DNA of 64,000 nt from an uncultured Acidobacteriota bacterium (GTDB taxonomy: Bacteria; Acidobacteriota; Vicinamibacteria; Vicinamibacterales; UBA8438): assembly GCA_913043225.1 (NCBI GenBank), contig CAJWLU010000002.1, positions 91,457-155,456 of the forward strand. Reading direction: 5' to 3'. Both the position numbers and the translations under genes were made by a program. Position 1 is the first letter of the stretch. The number at the start of each line of letters is the position of its first letter. This document shows positions 8,359 through 17,753 of this stretch, piece by piece. The notes below the pieces were generated by a model. That model did no database searches and had not been told where the DNA came from. It saw only the letters and a list, made by a program, of their open reading frames with translations.

Positions 8359-9963
8359 TCAGTCGGGGGCCGCAGCCTGGCGGCGCCGCTCGTTTGCTCG
8401 CTCCGCTCCCAATCGTTCCAGCTCGACCGAGGTGTGGTCGGCGTATGACATCGCCTCGGCGAGGGCTCGGTGGCCCGCCTGCTCGGCGATCAGGGTGTGC
8501 ATCCGCTGGCACACCCGCCGGTAGGCGGGATGGCCCTGCGGCGCCGTTCGCAGTTCGATCACGTGCATCGCCTCACGGGCGTTCATCTGCATCCGGTAAC
8601 GCAGTCGATACGCCATCGGCACGCAGTACTGGGCGGTCGTCGGCATCTCGGCGCTCCACTTGTCGTAGAGCGCGCGGGTCCGATCCATGACCCGCTGCCA
8701 GTCGTCGGCCGCGCCGATCTCCTCGATGGCCGCCGGCTCGGTGTACCCGTGGTCGGTCGAGAGACGCTGCCACTCGATGGTGAGCAGGCGGTGACGCTGC
8801 AGGTCACGGAATGCGCCGTAGTCGGACAGTAGGTCGAAGCAATAGTCGGTGCGTTCGAACGCTCGGCCCGGTCGGTGGCGCCGGTTGGCGCGGTTGCCGA
8901 CATAGGCCTTGAGCAGGGCGACCCGGTCATCGACGTTCATTCCCCGGGCCACCGATATCAGCTGTTCCTCGGGGAGCCGAGACGACTGGTAGAGGATGGC
9001 CGCCACGACCTTCACTTCGCCTTCGGGGTCGAAGTCGGCCAGCGTGACTTCCTCGCGGGGCTCGGGTTCGAGCCCCGCCAAAATACGGCTGGTCTCGGCC
9101 TCACTGTTGCGGCGGGTCGCTGCCAGATACTCGCTCCAGCGCACTCCACGATCCCGCCGGTCGACGCGGGTCAGGAAAGCGGGGATCAGCTTTCGGAGCT
9201 CGGTCAGGATCTGACCGGCGCACTCACGGCTTTCGGCGAGCGGGTGTGCACGCAACCTAAGCAGAAGCGCTTCGAACGCCTGCCCCGACCCGAAGATGCC
9301 GACGTTCGAACGGGTAGCTGCCGGAAGCAATCCGCGCAGTGTATCCAGCGCCTTGGCCCGGATGGCGGCGCGATAGACTGCCTCGGAGTCCCCATCCGTG
9401 CGGGGGTGTTTCCTGCGGTAGTGTTCCTGAGCCTGTTCGAACCACTGAGCATAGGTGGCGAAAGCGTCGTCCAGCGTCTCTCGATAGCGCACCTGCAGCG
9501 GGTGGCCTTCGAGTTCCGTAGGCACGATGTATTTCCACCGTCCGCCCGGGCGGTCGGTGTAGGGGACGTATCGCGTGGACTGCTCGAGGTAGGCCATGAG
9601 ACGGCCACGCTCGAGCACCTTCGTCAAGATGTTTGATACTCCTTCACAGGCGATGTGCGCGCCTCCCAGCTGAGCGACCGAGTCGTCGCCGTAGTCACCG
9701 AAGACCCGTTCATACAGTCGTTCGGCACGTTCGACGCCTACCGTCTCACTGGCGCCGGACGCTACCGCCTCGTGAAATTCGTCCAGAAACAGACGCCGGA
9801 CCGACTTAGCAGAACGGGAATAGCGCGCGAACAGCGCGCCCTTCACGACCTCGGGCAGATTGCGCAACGCGAAGACCGGTCGGTCGACGTTGGTGAAGTA
9901 CGGAGCGAGGGCGCGACGTTCGTTCGCGGTAAAGTCTTCGACGGGAGAAAGAGAATCTAGCAC
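8359..9963 (-). CDS. Double-length ThyX-like (flavin-dependent thymidylate synthase family) protein
   Basis: DYGAFRDLQRHRLLTIEWQRLS and NAREAMHVIELRTAPQGHPAYRRV resemble the Thy1/ThyX fold. At about 535 aa it is roughly twice canonical length. The ORF runs to 10140 but would overlap the divergent gene, so GTG 9963 is proposed. Confidence 0.65.
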   Translation of the reverse strand: MLDSLSPVEDFTANERRALAPYFTNVDRPVFALRNLPEVVKGALFARYSRSAKSVRRLFLDEFHEAVASGASETVGVERAERLYERVFGDYGDDSVAQLGGAHIACEGVSNILTKVLERGRLMAYLEQSTRYVPYTDRPGGRWKYIVPTELEGHPLQVRYRETLDDAFATYAQWFEQAQEHYRRKHPRTDGDSEAVYRAAIRAKALDTLRGLLPAATRSNVGIFGSGQAFEALLLRLRAHPLAESRECAGQILTELRKLIPAFLTRVDRRDRGVRWSEYLAATRRNSEAETSRILAGLEPEPREEVTLADFDPEGEVKVVAAILYQSSRLPEEQLISVARGMNVDDRVALLKAYVGNRANRRHRPGRAFERTDYCFDLLSDYGAFRDLQRHRLLTIEWQRLSTDHGYTEPAAIEEIGAADDWQRVMDRTRALYDKWSAEMPTTAQYCVPMAYRLRYRMQMNAREAMHVIELRTAPQGHPAYRRVCQRMHTLIAEQAGHRALAEAMSYADHTSVELERLGAERANERRRQAAAPD

Positions 9964-10017
9964 GCGTATAATTGTCGTCCGTTTTCCGCGTTCCCGTAAC
10001 CGCGTTTTACCCAACCC

Positions 10018-10812
10018 GTGGATGTTACGCTGTTGCCCGGTTTCAACCCCGGGCCCTTCACCGGCGCCGGCAACAACACCTACCTGCTGACCGGAAGTCA
10101 CCCGACGCTCATCGACGCTGGGACGGGTGAGTCCCGTCATCTCGTGGCGCTTGATGAAGCACTAGCCGGGGCTCGACTGGAGCAAGTGCTGGTCACACAC
10201 GCTCATTCCGATCACGCCAAAGGTAGCTTAGCAGTGGCGGCGCAGTCGCCCGGTGTCGTCTTCAGGAAGGTCCCGTGGCCGGAGTTGGACGGACGCTACG
10301 GGGTGAGCTGGCAACCGATCGCCGACGGCGACGAGATAGAGGCTGGGGACGGGCGGCTGCGCGTCCTCCACACTCCTGGGCACGCACCAGACCACGTGTG
10401 TCTCTATGATGAGCCCACGGGTACATTGTTCGTGGCTGATCTGGTGGTGCTCGGCAGTTCGGTCGTGATCCCGGCCAGTCGTGGAGGCAGCCTGACCGAT
10501 TATCTGCGTTCGCTCCGTCGCATCCTGGAGCTGGCGCCGGCTAGGATGCTGCCCGCCCACGGTGAGCCGATCGACGATCCGCGAGCCGTCCTGCTCGAGT
10601 ATCTGGAGCATCGGCAGCGCCGCGAAGAGCAGGTGCTCACCGCTCTCGAGGCGGGGGCCAGGACCGCGGACACGATCGTGACCCGGATCTACCCCCAACT
10701 GGCCACTTCGCTGTTGGATGCGGCGCGGGAGAATGTGCTGGCTCACCTGTGCAAGCTCCGGGACGATGGGCGCGTTACCTCGGACAAGGAGGCATGGGAG
10801 CTGGTGCGGTGA
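10018..10812 (+). CDS. MBL-fold metallo-hydrolase (LACTB2-like, C-terminal winged-helix tail)
   Basis: GTG start and the VTHAHSDHAKG metal-binding motif (HxHxDH), followed by HTPGHAPDH. Confidence 0.8.
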   Translation: MDVTLLPGFNPGPFTGAGNNTYLLTGSHPTLIDAGTGESRHLVALDEALAGARLEQVLVTHAHSDHAKGSLAVAAQSPGVVFRKVPWPELDGRYGVSWQPIADGDEIEAGDGRLRVLHTPGHAPDHVCLYDEPTGTLFVADLVVLGSSVVIPASRGGSLTDYLRSLRRILELAPARMLPAHGEPIDDPRAVLLEYLEHRQRREEQVLTALEAGARTADTIVTRIYPQLATSLLDAARENVLAHLCKLRDDGRVTSDKEAWELVR

Positions 10813-12143
10813 TGGTGGCCTTCCTGGAGCAGCGGTTCCAGCTCGAGGCTAATGGCACCAGCGTCAGCACCGAAGTTCTCGCCGGTTGCACGACCTTTCT
10901 CACACTCGCCTACATCCTCTTCGTGCAGCCGGCGCTGCTCAGTTCGCTCGGTCTCGATTTCGGGGCCGTTTTCGTCGCCACGTGCCTGGCCTCCGCCTTG
11001 GCCACCCTGCTGATGGCCGGACTGGCCAACTACCCGATCGCGGTGGCGCCCGCGATGGGGCACAACTTCTACTTCGCCTTCACCGTTGTTGGCGCTATGG
11101 CGGTGCCTTGGGAGGTGGCCCTCGGTGGGGTCGCGATCGCGGGCGCGTTATTTGTGGTCACGGCCGGGTTCGGGCTGCGCGAGCTCCTCATCACGGCGAT
11201 CCCCATGTCCTTGAAGTACGCCATCGCCACAGGCATCGGTCTACTGATCGCCATGATCGGGTTTCAGTGGGCCGGCATCATCGTGGCCTCACCCGGGACC
11301 CTGGTCGCGCTCGGCAACCTCCGGACGTTGCCGGTGTTGGTGTCACTGGCGGGACTGGTGGTGATGGCCGGGCTCTGGGTACGTGGGGTGCGGGGGGCGA
11401 TCCTCATCGGTATCCTCGCCGCCACCGGTGTCGCCTGGTTTGGTGGGCTCATCGAGCCGCAGGGTGTCGCCAGCTTGCCGCCGTCGTTGCTGCCGACTTT
11501 GGGACAGCTCGACGTGCTCGGCGCTCTCCGTCCGGAGATGGCGGGCGTCATCTTCGTGTTCTTTTTCCTTGCCCTGTTCGATTCGGTCGGCACGCTGGTT
11601 GCCGTGGGGGAGCAGGCGGGGCTGATGCGTGACGGCAAGCTGCCTCGGGCTCGTGGTGCGCTCCTCGCCGACGCGATCGGCACGGTGGTAGGGGCGGGGT
11701 TGGGTACGTCGACCGTAACTGCCTATGTCGAGAGCGCGACCGGCGTGGCCGCGGGTGGGCGCACCGGTCTGACGGCGGTGGTCATCGCCGCGCTGTTTCT
11801 GCTCTCTCTTTTCTTCTCGCCGCTCGTGAGCATGATCGGCGGCGGTTACGACGCCGGCGGCGGGGTGACTCTCTACCCGGTGGTGGCGCCTGCCCTGATC
11901 CTGGTGGGGACGATGATGGTACGCGGTGTGCGTCGGATCGACTGGGACGATCCGACCGAGGCGCTGCCGGCGTTCCTGACTATCATGGTGATGCCGCTGA
12001 CCATCAGCATCACCGACGGGGTCGCATTCGGTTTCGTGGCTTGGGTGAGCCTGAAGCTGGCGTGCGGACGGGCCAGTGAGGTGCACTGGCTCCTCTATCT
12101 CTTCGCCGTCCTGTTTCTCTTCAGATACGCCGCTCTTGCCTAG
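10812..12143 (+). CDS. NCS2/AzgA-family purine (adenine/guanine/hypoxanthine) permease
   Basis: FQLEANGTSVSTEVLAGCTTFLTLAYILFVQP and a polytopic membrane profile. ATG 10812 overlaps the upstream stop (TGATG). The ORF track opens at 10749. Confidence 0.85.
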   Translation: MVAFLEQRFQLEANGTSVSTEVLAGCTTFLTLAYILFVQPALLSSLGLDFGAVFVATCLASALATLLMAGLANYPIAVAPAMGHNFYFAFTVVGAMAVPWEVALGGVAIAGALFVVTAGFGLRELLITAIPMSLKYAIATGIGLLIAMIGFQWAGIIVASPGTLVALGNLRTLPVLVSLAGLVVMAGLWVRGVRGAILIGILAATGVAWFGGLIEPQGVASLPPSLLPTLGQLDVLGALRPEMAGVIFVFFFLALFDSVGTLVAVGEQAGLMRDGKLPRARGALLADAIGTVVGAGLGTSTVTAYVESATGVAAGGRTGLTAVVIAALFLLSLFFSPLVSMIGGGYDAGGGVTLYPVVAPALILVGTMMVRGVRRIDWDDPTEALPAFLTIMVMPLTISITDGVAFGFVAWVSLKLACGRASEVHWLLYLFAVLFLFRYAALA

Positions 12144-12152
12144 CCAGGCGGT

Positions 12153-13268
12153 TCAGTTGAGCCACTTGAGTACCGCATCTACAACCCGATCCTGCTCCTC
12201 GACCGTCATCTCGGGGAACAGAGGCAGGCTCACGATCTCGTCCTGATAGCGGGTCGAGACGGGGAAGTCCTCGGCCCGTAGGTCCAGATGCCGATGCGCC
12301 GCCAGGTTGGGCAGGCTGATGGGATAGTGCACGCCGCTGGCGATCTCACGATCCGCGAGGAACTGTCGGAGTCCGTCCCGGTCGGCACAGCGCGTGACAT
12401 AGAGGTGAAAGACGTGCTCGTTGCCTTCCGGCAGCGTGGGCGGGACCAGCCGGTCAGCCACCTCGGTCAGCCGCTCCACATATCGGTGAGCAAGTTTTCG
12501 TCGGCTCTCTGACCATGCTGGCAGGTGTCTGAGCTTTACGCTCAGGATGGCCGCCTGCAGTGTGTCGAGACGACTGTTGTGTCCGGAGAGCACGTGGTCA
12601 GACTTGCCGACGCGCCCGTGGTTTGCCAGTTTTCTGACCTGCTCGGCCAGCTCGGCATCGCGGGTCACCACGGCGCCGCCATCGCCGAACGCCCCCAGGT
12701 TCTTGCCAGGGTAGAAGCTGAAGGCCGCCATATCGCCGAAGCTGCCAGCGGCGCCTTCCTCAGATCTGGCATCGTGGGCCTGGGCGGCGTCTTCGAGCAC
12801 CTTGACTCCGGCCTTCCGGGCGAGGTCCATCAGCCGAGGCATGTCCACCAGCAGGCCGTAGAGGTGAACTGGCACGATGGCCTTGACCCGTGGCGCTCGC
12901 GATGTGAGCGCGTTCTCGACCTGGTTGAGGTCGAGCGTGTAGCGGTTGGGGTCACAGTCGATGAACACCGGCGTGGCGCCGGTCATCGTGATCGCCTCGG
13001 CAGTGGCTACGAAGCTGTTGGCGGCCGTGATCACCTCGTCGCCGGGCCCGACGCCAAGGGCTAGAAGCGCCAGGAACAAGGCGTCGGTGCCGTTGCCGAC
13101 GCCGACGCAGTGATCCACGCCGCACAGGCTGGCGAACGCCTCCTCGAATTGGCCGACCTCAGGGCCACCGACGAAATGACAGTGATCGAGAACCGCGTCA
13201 ATTACCGGCTGTAGTTCGTCGGCGATCGAATGGCGCTGGCGCTGGAGATCGACCAGGGGCAGATTCAC
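12153..13268 (-). CDS. DegT/DnrJ/EryC1/StrS-family PLP-dependent sugar aminotransferase
   Basis: GTG start; MNLPLVDLQRQ...GNGTDALFLAL...FSFYPGKNLGAFGDGG, which includes the catalytic Lys. Confidence 0.9.
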   Translation of the reverse strand: MNLPLVDLQRQRHSIADELQPVIDAVLDHCHFVGGPEVGQFEEAFASLCGVDHCVGVGNGTDALFLALLALGVGPGDEVITAANSFVATAEAITMTGATPVFIDCDPNRYTLDLNQVENALTSRAPRVKAIVPVHLYGLLVDMPRLMDLARKAGVKVLEDAAQAHDARSEEGAAGSFGDMAAFSFYPGKNLGAFGDGGAVVTRDAELAEQVRKLANHGRVGKSDHVLSGHNSRLDTLQAAILSVKLRHLPAWSESRRKLAHRYVERLTEVADRLVPPTLPEGNEHVFHLYVTRCADRDGLRQFLADREIASGVHYPISLPNLAAHRHLDLRAEDFPVSTRYQDEIVSLPLFPEMTVEEQDRVVDAVLKWLN

Positions 13269-13462
13269 GAGATGTTCTCCTGGCTCTTCTCCGGTCGGCT
13301 CAGCCGGCTTCGCTTGGGGACGAAACGCTCTTTGAGCGCGTGGAGGTAGATGTAGCGACTGGCGAGAAACGCGCGAGAGGACACGGGAATCTTGGCCCGA
13401 CTATTTCCGCGGGCCGATGGTTTCAAGCAGTTCAGGTGTGAAACGGGCAACGACAACGCCAT
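13265..13462 (-). CDS. Candidate small basic protein (65 aa), translationally coupled to the DegT gene
   Basis: ATG 13462 is preceded by GGGAG at 6-nt spacing. Its TGA overlaps the DegT GTG start (GTGA). Third-position GC is high by hand count. No family was recognised. Confidence 0.3.
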   Translation of the reverse strand: MALSLPVSHLNCLKPSARGNSRAKIPVSSRAFLASRYIYLHALKERFVPKRSRLSRPEKSQENIS

Positions 13463-13505
13463 GGTACACTCCCTTGGCTTACCTATAAAGCACGCGCGGG
13501 CGGAG

Positions 13506-13718
13506 ATGACTGTGGACGATTCTGAGAGGTTTCTAGCCCGTTCGGACGAGCTTGATTCGATTCCAGACGAGCAACGGATGCTGCCACCGTTCCTGCTTGG
13601 GCTGGAGTGGGTCGACCGGGTCGCGACGTCCGTCCCTCTGATCAGACGGCTTGCGTGGTTATTCACGTTCGAGCAGCGGTCCCGGAAGACCGAGCATGCT
13701 CTCGAGGCCCTCGGATGA
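13506..13718 (+). CDS. Candidate small protein (70 aa), stop overlapping the rhodanese start
   Basis: ATG 13506, with the stop overlapping ATG 13715 (ATGA). Third-position GC is high in the second half. The SD is poor and no family was recognised. Confidence 0.25.
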   Translation: MTVDDSERFLARSDELDSIPDEQRMLPPFLLGLEWVDRVATSVPLIRRLAWLFTFEQRSRKTEHALEALG

Positions 13719-14560
13719 GTGAGACGCCGTCAAGCTACGCCCACCCGGGGCTGCTGGTCGATGCCACCGAGCTCGTGGAACTTCTGGCGGGAGGGGAACC
13801 TCCGGTGCTCCTTGACTTACGTCCGGCCGAGGCGTACGCCGCTGGCCATATCCCCGGGGCCGCGCACCTGGATCTCTTTGGGTTAAGTCTGATTGATACC
13901 GATCCGGCGCCGCTGGCCGCCTTTGCCTGGATGATCGGCCACCTGCTGGCATCGCGAGGGGTGGAGTCGGACCGGACGGTCGTAGTCTATGACGAGCAGT
14001 CCGGGATCCGGGCGGCGAGAGCCTTCTGGTTCCTCGAGTTCTTCGCGCATTCCGGGCCGAGATTGCTCGACGGGGGCTTCGGCGCCTGGGGCGAGGCGGG
14101 CGGAGAGATCACGACCGTCGCGAATGCACCCCGGGCGACCAAGTGGGTACCAGGTCGAGATGATGGGACCCTCGCTACTTGGCAAGATCTGCGCGATTGC
14201 CTGGGCTCCAGCGAGGTCGCCGTGCTCGACACCCGTTCCGACGGCGAGTACTGCGGAACCACGGTCCGTGCAGCCCGGGGCGGCGCTGTGCCAGGTGCGG
14301 TACACATCGAGTGGAAGCAGAATCTCGACGACCGTGGACGCTTCAAATCTGGTGAGGCGCTTCGGGCGATGTACGAGTCGGCGGGGATCACGGCCGAGCG
14401 AGAGATCGTGACGTACTGTCAGGGTGGTTATCGCGCCGCGCACAGCTATCTCGCCCTCCGCCTTCTCGGTTTCCCACGCGTCCGGAACTATATAGGCTCC
14501 TGGAAGGAGTGGGGCGACCGGATGGACCTGCCGATCGAGCAGCCGACCCCGCGTGAGTAG
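13715..14560 (+). CDS. Tandem-rhodanese sulfurtransferase (thiosulfate/3-mercaptopyruvate type)
   Basis: Two rhodanese repeats; the active-site loop YCQGGYRAAHSY is in the second. The ORF track opens at 13607; ATG 13715 is preferred. Confidence 0.85.
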   Translation: MSETPSSYAHPGLLVDATELVELLAGGEPPVLLDLRPAEAYAAGHIPGAAHLDLFGLSLIDTDPAPLAAFAWMIGHLLASRGVESDRTVVVYDEQSGIRAARAFWFLEFFAHSGPRLLDGGFGAWGEAGGEITTVANAPRATKWVPGRDDGTLATWQDLRDCLGSSEVAVLDTRSDGEYCGTTVRAARGGAVPGAVHIEWKQNLDDRGRFKSGEALRAMYESAGITAEREIVTYCQGGYRAAHSYLALRLLGFPRVRNYIGSWKEWGDRMDLPIEQPTPRE

Positions 14561-14757
14561 GCCCGATAAGGATGGAGCCACGGGTGGCCAGGGTCCTGGC
14601 TCTGACCCTCGGGGTGGGGAATCGGTGGCGTGCGGGCCTGGTCCCGAGCGGATGCCGACAACGGACCGTGAACGCCGAGTACGATCGCTAAACGAGTCGT
14701 CTTCAGCTGCTCACCCTGGATTCGGACGACAACCCTACTCCAGACACCTGGAGCTAC

Positions 14758-15372
14758 ATGGACGGAAATACTGTGCTCCGGAGCGAACTGGATCGGGGCG
14801 AGAACCGAGTGATTGAACGCTGGAAGTACTACCTGCCGGGTCGGTTGATCAAAAAGATCTGGTTCTCGCGCGGGGGAGATGAGGTGGTCGACGCCTGGGC
14901 CTACGAAGATGGCGACGGCGCCGTGGCCCGCATCGAAATTTCGATACTGCACAACGGTCAGGTCGACCGATGGGAGCACTACGAGGCGGACATCCTGGCC
15001 AGAGCCGAGGATGACATGGCCCCTGATGGCCAGCCCGACGAGTGGGAGACGCACTCCGGGAGCCTTGTCGAGTCGGCGGCGTTCGACGAAAATGGCGATG
15101 GAGTGCCGGACCGCCGCCTGCTCTGCGCCGGGGGAGCGCTACTGGCGATCGAGAGCACCGGGCCGAAGACGGAACCCACCGCACCCGGATCGACGTCGAC
15201 CGCTGATCTCCATCACCTACTGCAGTCTGTTTTGTGCAATTTCTTACCCGATAGGGGCTGCAGGTCGATGACTTGCGTGCGGCTGGAATCGTGTTCTTCG
15301 ACCCAACAGAGGCGCGGGGCGAATGTCTTAACCGGGATGAAGGGCCATGCCGAACTTTACCTTCGAAACTAA
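14758..15372 (+). CDS. Asp/Gly-rich repeat protein (possible body of an interrupted lipoprotein gene)
   Basis: A recurring D-x-DG-x-x-D-x-W-x-Y style motif (DDNPTPDTWSY, GDEVVDAWAYE, NGQVDRWEHYE, PDGQPDEWETH, DENGDGVPD). The same frame stays open upstream to a TAA at 14689, which is preceded by a signal-like ORF from ATG 14572. Confidence 0.5.
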   Translation: MDGNTVLRSELDRGENRVIERWKYYLPGRLIKKIWFSRGGDEVVDAWAYEDGDGAVARIEISILHNGQVDRWEHYEADILARAEDDMAPDGQPDEWETHSGSLVESAAFDENGDGVPDRRLLCAGGALLAIESTGPKTEPTAPGSTSTADLHHLLQSVLCNFLPDRGCRSMTCVRLESCSSTQQRRGANVLTGMKGHAELYLRN

Positions 15373-17740
15373 GGCTCGGACTCTGGATCGGCTGACAGGC
15401 CGACTGGCCAAGTTCAAGATTCCAGACCTGCTGTACTTCACGGTCGCGGAGTGGCGGAGCCAGCCAGACGTTTGGTTCGGTCGGATCGCCCAGCGATTCG
15501 GCTCCGAGGCGGTCATCGTGCGCTCATCGGCCTGGGACGAGGACGGGTCCGTCTGGGGACAGGCGGGGCAATATGCCTCGGTGCCTGGAGTAGGTGCCAA
15601 CGACCGGGAGGCGCTCACCGATGCTGTCGATACGGTCGTCGCTAGCTATGAGAAGGGCGGGGAGCAGATCGCCAACCGGGATGAGATCATCGTCCAGCGG
15701 ATGCTGGTCAACACCGTGATGAGTGGAGTGCTCTTTACCCAGGACCTGAACACGGGCGCTCCCTACTACGTGATCAACTATGACGATCAGTCCGGTCGTA
15801 CCGATACGGTCACCTCGGGAGCCGGTGAGTACTCCAACCGAACGCTTTATCTGCATAGGGGCGCGATCGAGGCGGTGCGGTCGCCACGGTTCCAGGCGTT
15901 GGTCGCGGCTGTCTCCGACCTTGAGGCGGTGACCGGGAACCCGTTTCTCGATGTCGAATTCGCTCTCGACGCCGAGTTTGTCCCCTATCTGCTCCAGGTA
16001 CGGCTAATTACAACCCGCGCGAACTGGAACCGTGCGCTGGCGCGGCGGGTCGACCAGGCGCTGCTGGGTGTTCAGGAGTTCGTCCGGCGACGGTTTCAAC
16101 CGCTGCCCGGGGTACTCGGCGCACGGTCCGTCTTCGGCCAGATGCCGGACTGGAACCCCGCCGAGATGATCGGGCGGGCACCGCGGCGGCTAGCCAGTTC
16201 CCTGTACAGAAAGGTGATCACCGACGACGCGTGGCGTGACGCGCGGCAGGAGATGGGGTACGCCGTGCCCGAGGGACACCCGCTCATGGTGCTTCTGGCC
16301 GGCCAGCCCTATGTCGATGTTCGTCTTAGCTTCCATTCGTATCTTCCGGCCACGCTCGATGCCGCGATCGGCGAGAAATTGGTCAATGCCTGGCTGGAGC
16401 GACTCGTCGCTCATCCCCATCTGCACGACAAGGTGGAGTTCGAGGTGGCGATTACGGCCTATAGCTTTGATTTTGCCGAGCGCGTCGATTTGCTCATACC
16501 CGACGTGTTGAGCCCGGATGAGCTCGCGAAGTTCGAGACCACACTCCGGTCGTTGACGCGCGAGCACGTGACCGGTCTCCGCAGTGGACTCGAGTCGTCG
16601 TTGGCCCGAATCCAGGCGCTGGAGCAGCTCGATGTGGAGCGTGATCTCGCCTCGGCGGATCGGTCGCCGCTGGCACTCCGCTCGCTGCTCGAACGCTGTG
16701 TCCGATTCGGGACGGTTCCGTTCTCCATCCTTGCTAGACACGGATTCATCGCCCGTTCGTTACTGTTGTCACTGGTGTCGAAGGGTGTGTTCTCGGTCGA
16801 GGACGCCGATCGATTCGGCAAGAGCATCCGCACGGTGGCGAGCGAGCTCGTCGCAGACATGCGTCGGTTCGCCGAGGGGAGGCGCGATCGCGATAGCTTT
16901 ATGGCCCAATACGGACACCTGCGTCCTGGCACATATGACATCCTCTCGCCGCGTTACGACCAGGCGCTCGAGATCTTCTCCGGCGCCCAGGAGCCGGTCG
17001 CTGATGGCGGCGACTCCGTCATTGAGGTGTCGGAGCGGCAACGGCGGGACATCGACCGTTTGCTGGCGGAGCACGGCTTTGACGGCGTTTCAGCGGCCCG
17101 CTTGCTGGACTACCTCCGGGAAGCCCCGGCGGCTCGCGAGCATGCGAAGTTTGTGTTCACTCGCACCCTGAGCGACGTGCTGGAACTGACCGCCCGCTAC
17201 GGAGAGCAGGTGGGGCTGAGCCGGGATGAATTGTCTCATTTGGCGATTGACGACGTGCTCGAAGTGGACGTGGAGAGCGCGCCTTACTCGGTGGAGGAGC
17301 GTTTGCGCGACAGGGCCCGTCGCGGCGCCGAAGCGCACGCGACGACTCGCGCCGTACGGCTACCGCAGCTGCTCTTCGACGAGGCAGGGGTGCATGTGGT
17401 GCCGTTCCAGATCAGCCATCCGAATTTCATCACACACAACGTCGTGCGGGGAGCGTGCGTCCGCTTGCGAGCTGACGACGTCTCGGTGCCAGAACTCGAG
17501 GGCCGCGTTGTGCTGATTGAGGGGGCTGATCCCGGTTTTGACTGGATCTTCGCCCATAGGATCGGTGGGCTTGTGACGGCGTTTGGCGGCGCCAACTCTC
17601 ACATGGCGATTCGATGTGCTGAGTTCGGGATTCCTGCCGCCATCGGTTGTGGCGAACAGGTCTTCGAGCGGGTCTCGGCCGTGGGTGGCGTGGAGCTCAA
17701 CTGCGGCGAGGGGATCATGCGCCCGGTCCGGTTGCGCTAG
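15347..17740 (+). CDS. PEP/pyruvate-binding dikinase-like enzyme with C-terminal phosphohistidine swivel domain (substrate unknown)
   Basis: N-terminus FETKARTLDRL...IVRSSAWDEDG...GQYASV (PPDK_N / ATP-grasp type). The extreme C-terminus GGANSHMAIRCAEFGIPAAIGCGE is a PEP-utilising mobile domain. No TIM-barrel domain follows. Confidence 0.85.
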   Translation: MPNFTFETKARTLDRLTGRLAKFKIPDLLYFTVAEWRSQPDVWFGRIAQRFGSEAVIVRSSAWDEDGSVWGQAGQYASVPGVGANDREALTDAVDTVVASYEKGGEQIANRDEIIVQRMLVNTVMSGVLFTQDLNTGAPYYVINYDDQSGRTDTVTSGAGEYSNRTLYLHRGAIEAVRSPRFQALVAAVSDLEAVTGNPFLDVEFALDAEFVPYLLQVRLITTRANWNRALARRVDQALLGVQEFVRRRFQPLPGVLGARSVFGQMPDWNPAEMIGRAPRRLASSLYRKVITDDAWRDARQEMGYAVPEGHPLMVLLAGQPYVDVRLSFHSYLPATLDAAIGEKLVNAWLERLVAHPHLHDKVEFEVAITAYSFDFAERVDLLIPDVLSPDELAKFETTLRSLTREHVTGLRSGLESSLARIQALEQLDVERDLASADRSPLALRSLLERCVRFGTVPFSILARHGFIARSLLLSLVSKGVFSVEDADRFGKSIRTVASELVADMRRFAEGRRDRDSFMAQYGHLRPGTYDILSPRYDQALEIFSGAQEPVADGGDSVIEVSERQRRDIDRLLAEHGFDGVSAARLLDYLREAPAAREHAKFVFTRTLSDVLELTARYGEQVGLSRDELSHLAIDDVLEVDVESAPYSVEERLRDRARRGAEAHATTRAVRLPQLLFDEAGVHVVPFQISHPNFITHNVVRGACVRLRADDVSVPELEGRVVLIEGADPGFDWIFAHRIGGLVTAFGGANSHMAIRCAEFGIPAAIGCGEQVFERVSAVGGVELNCGEGIMRPVRLR

Positions 17741-17753
17741 GACGTAGCTGGTT

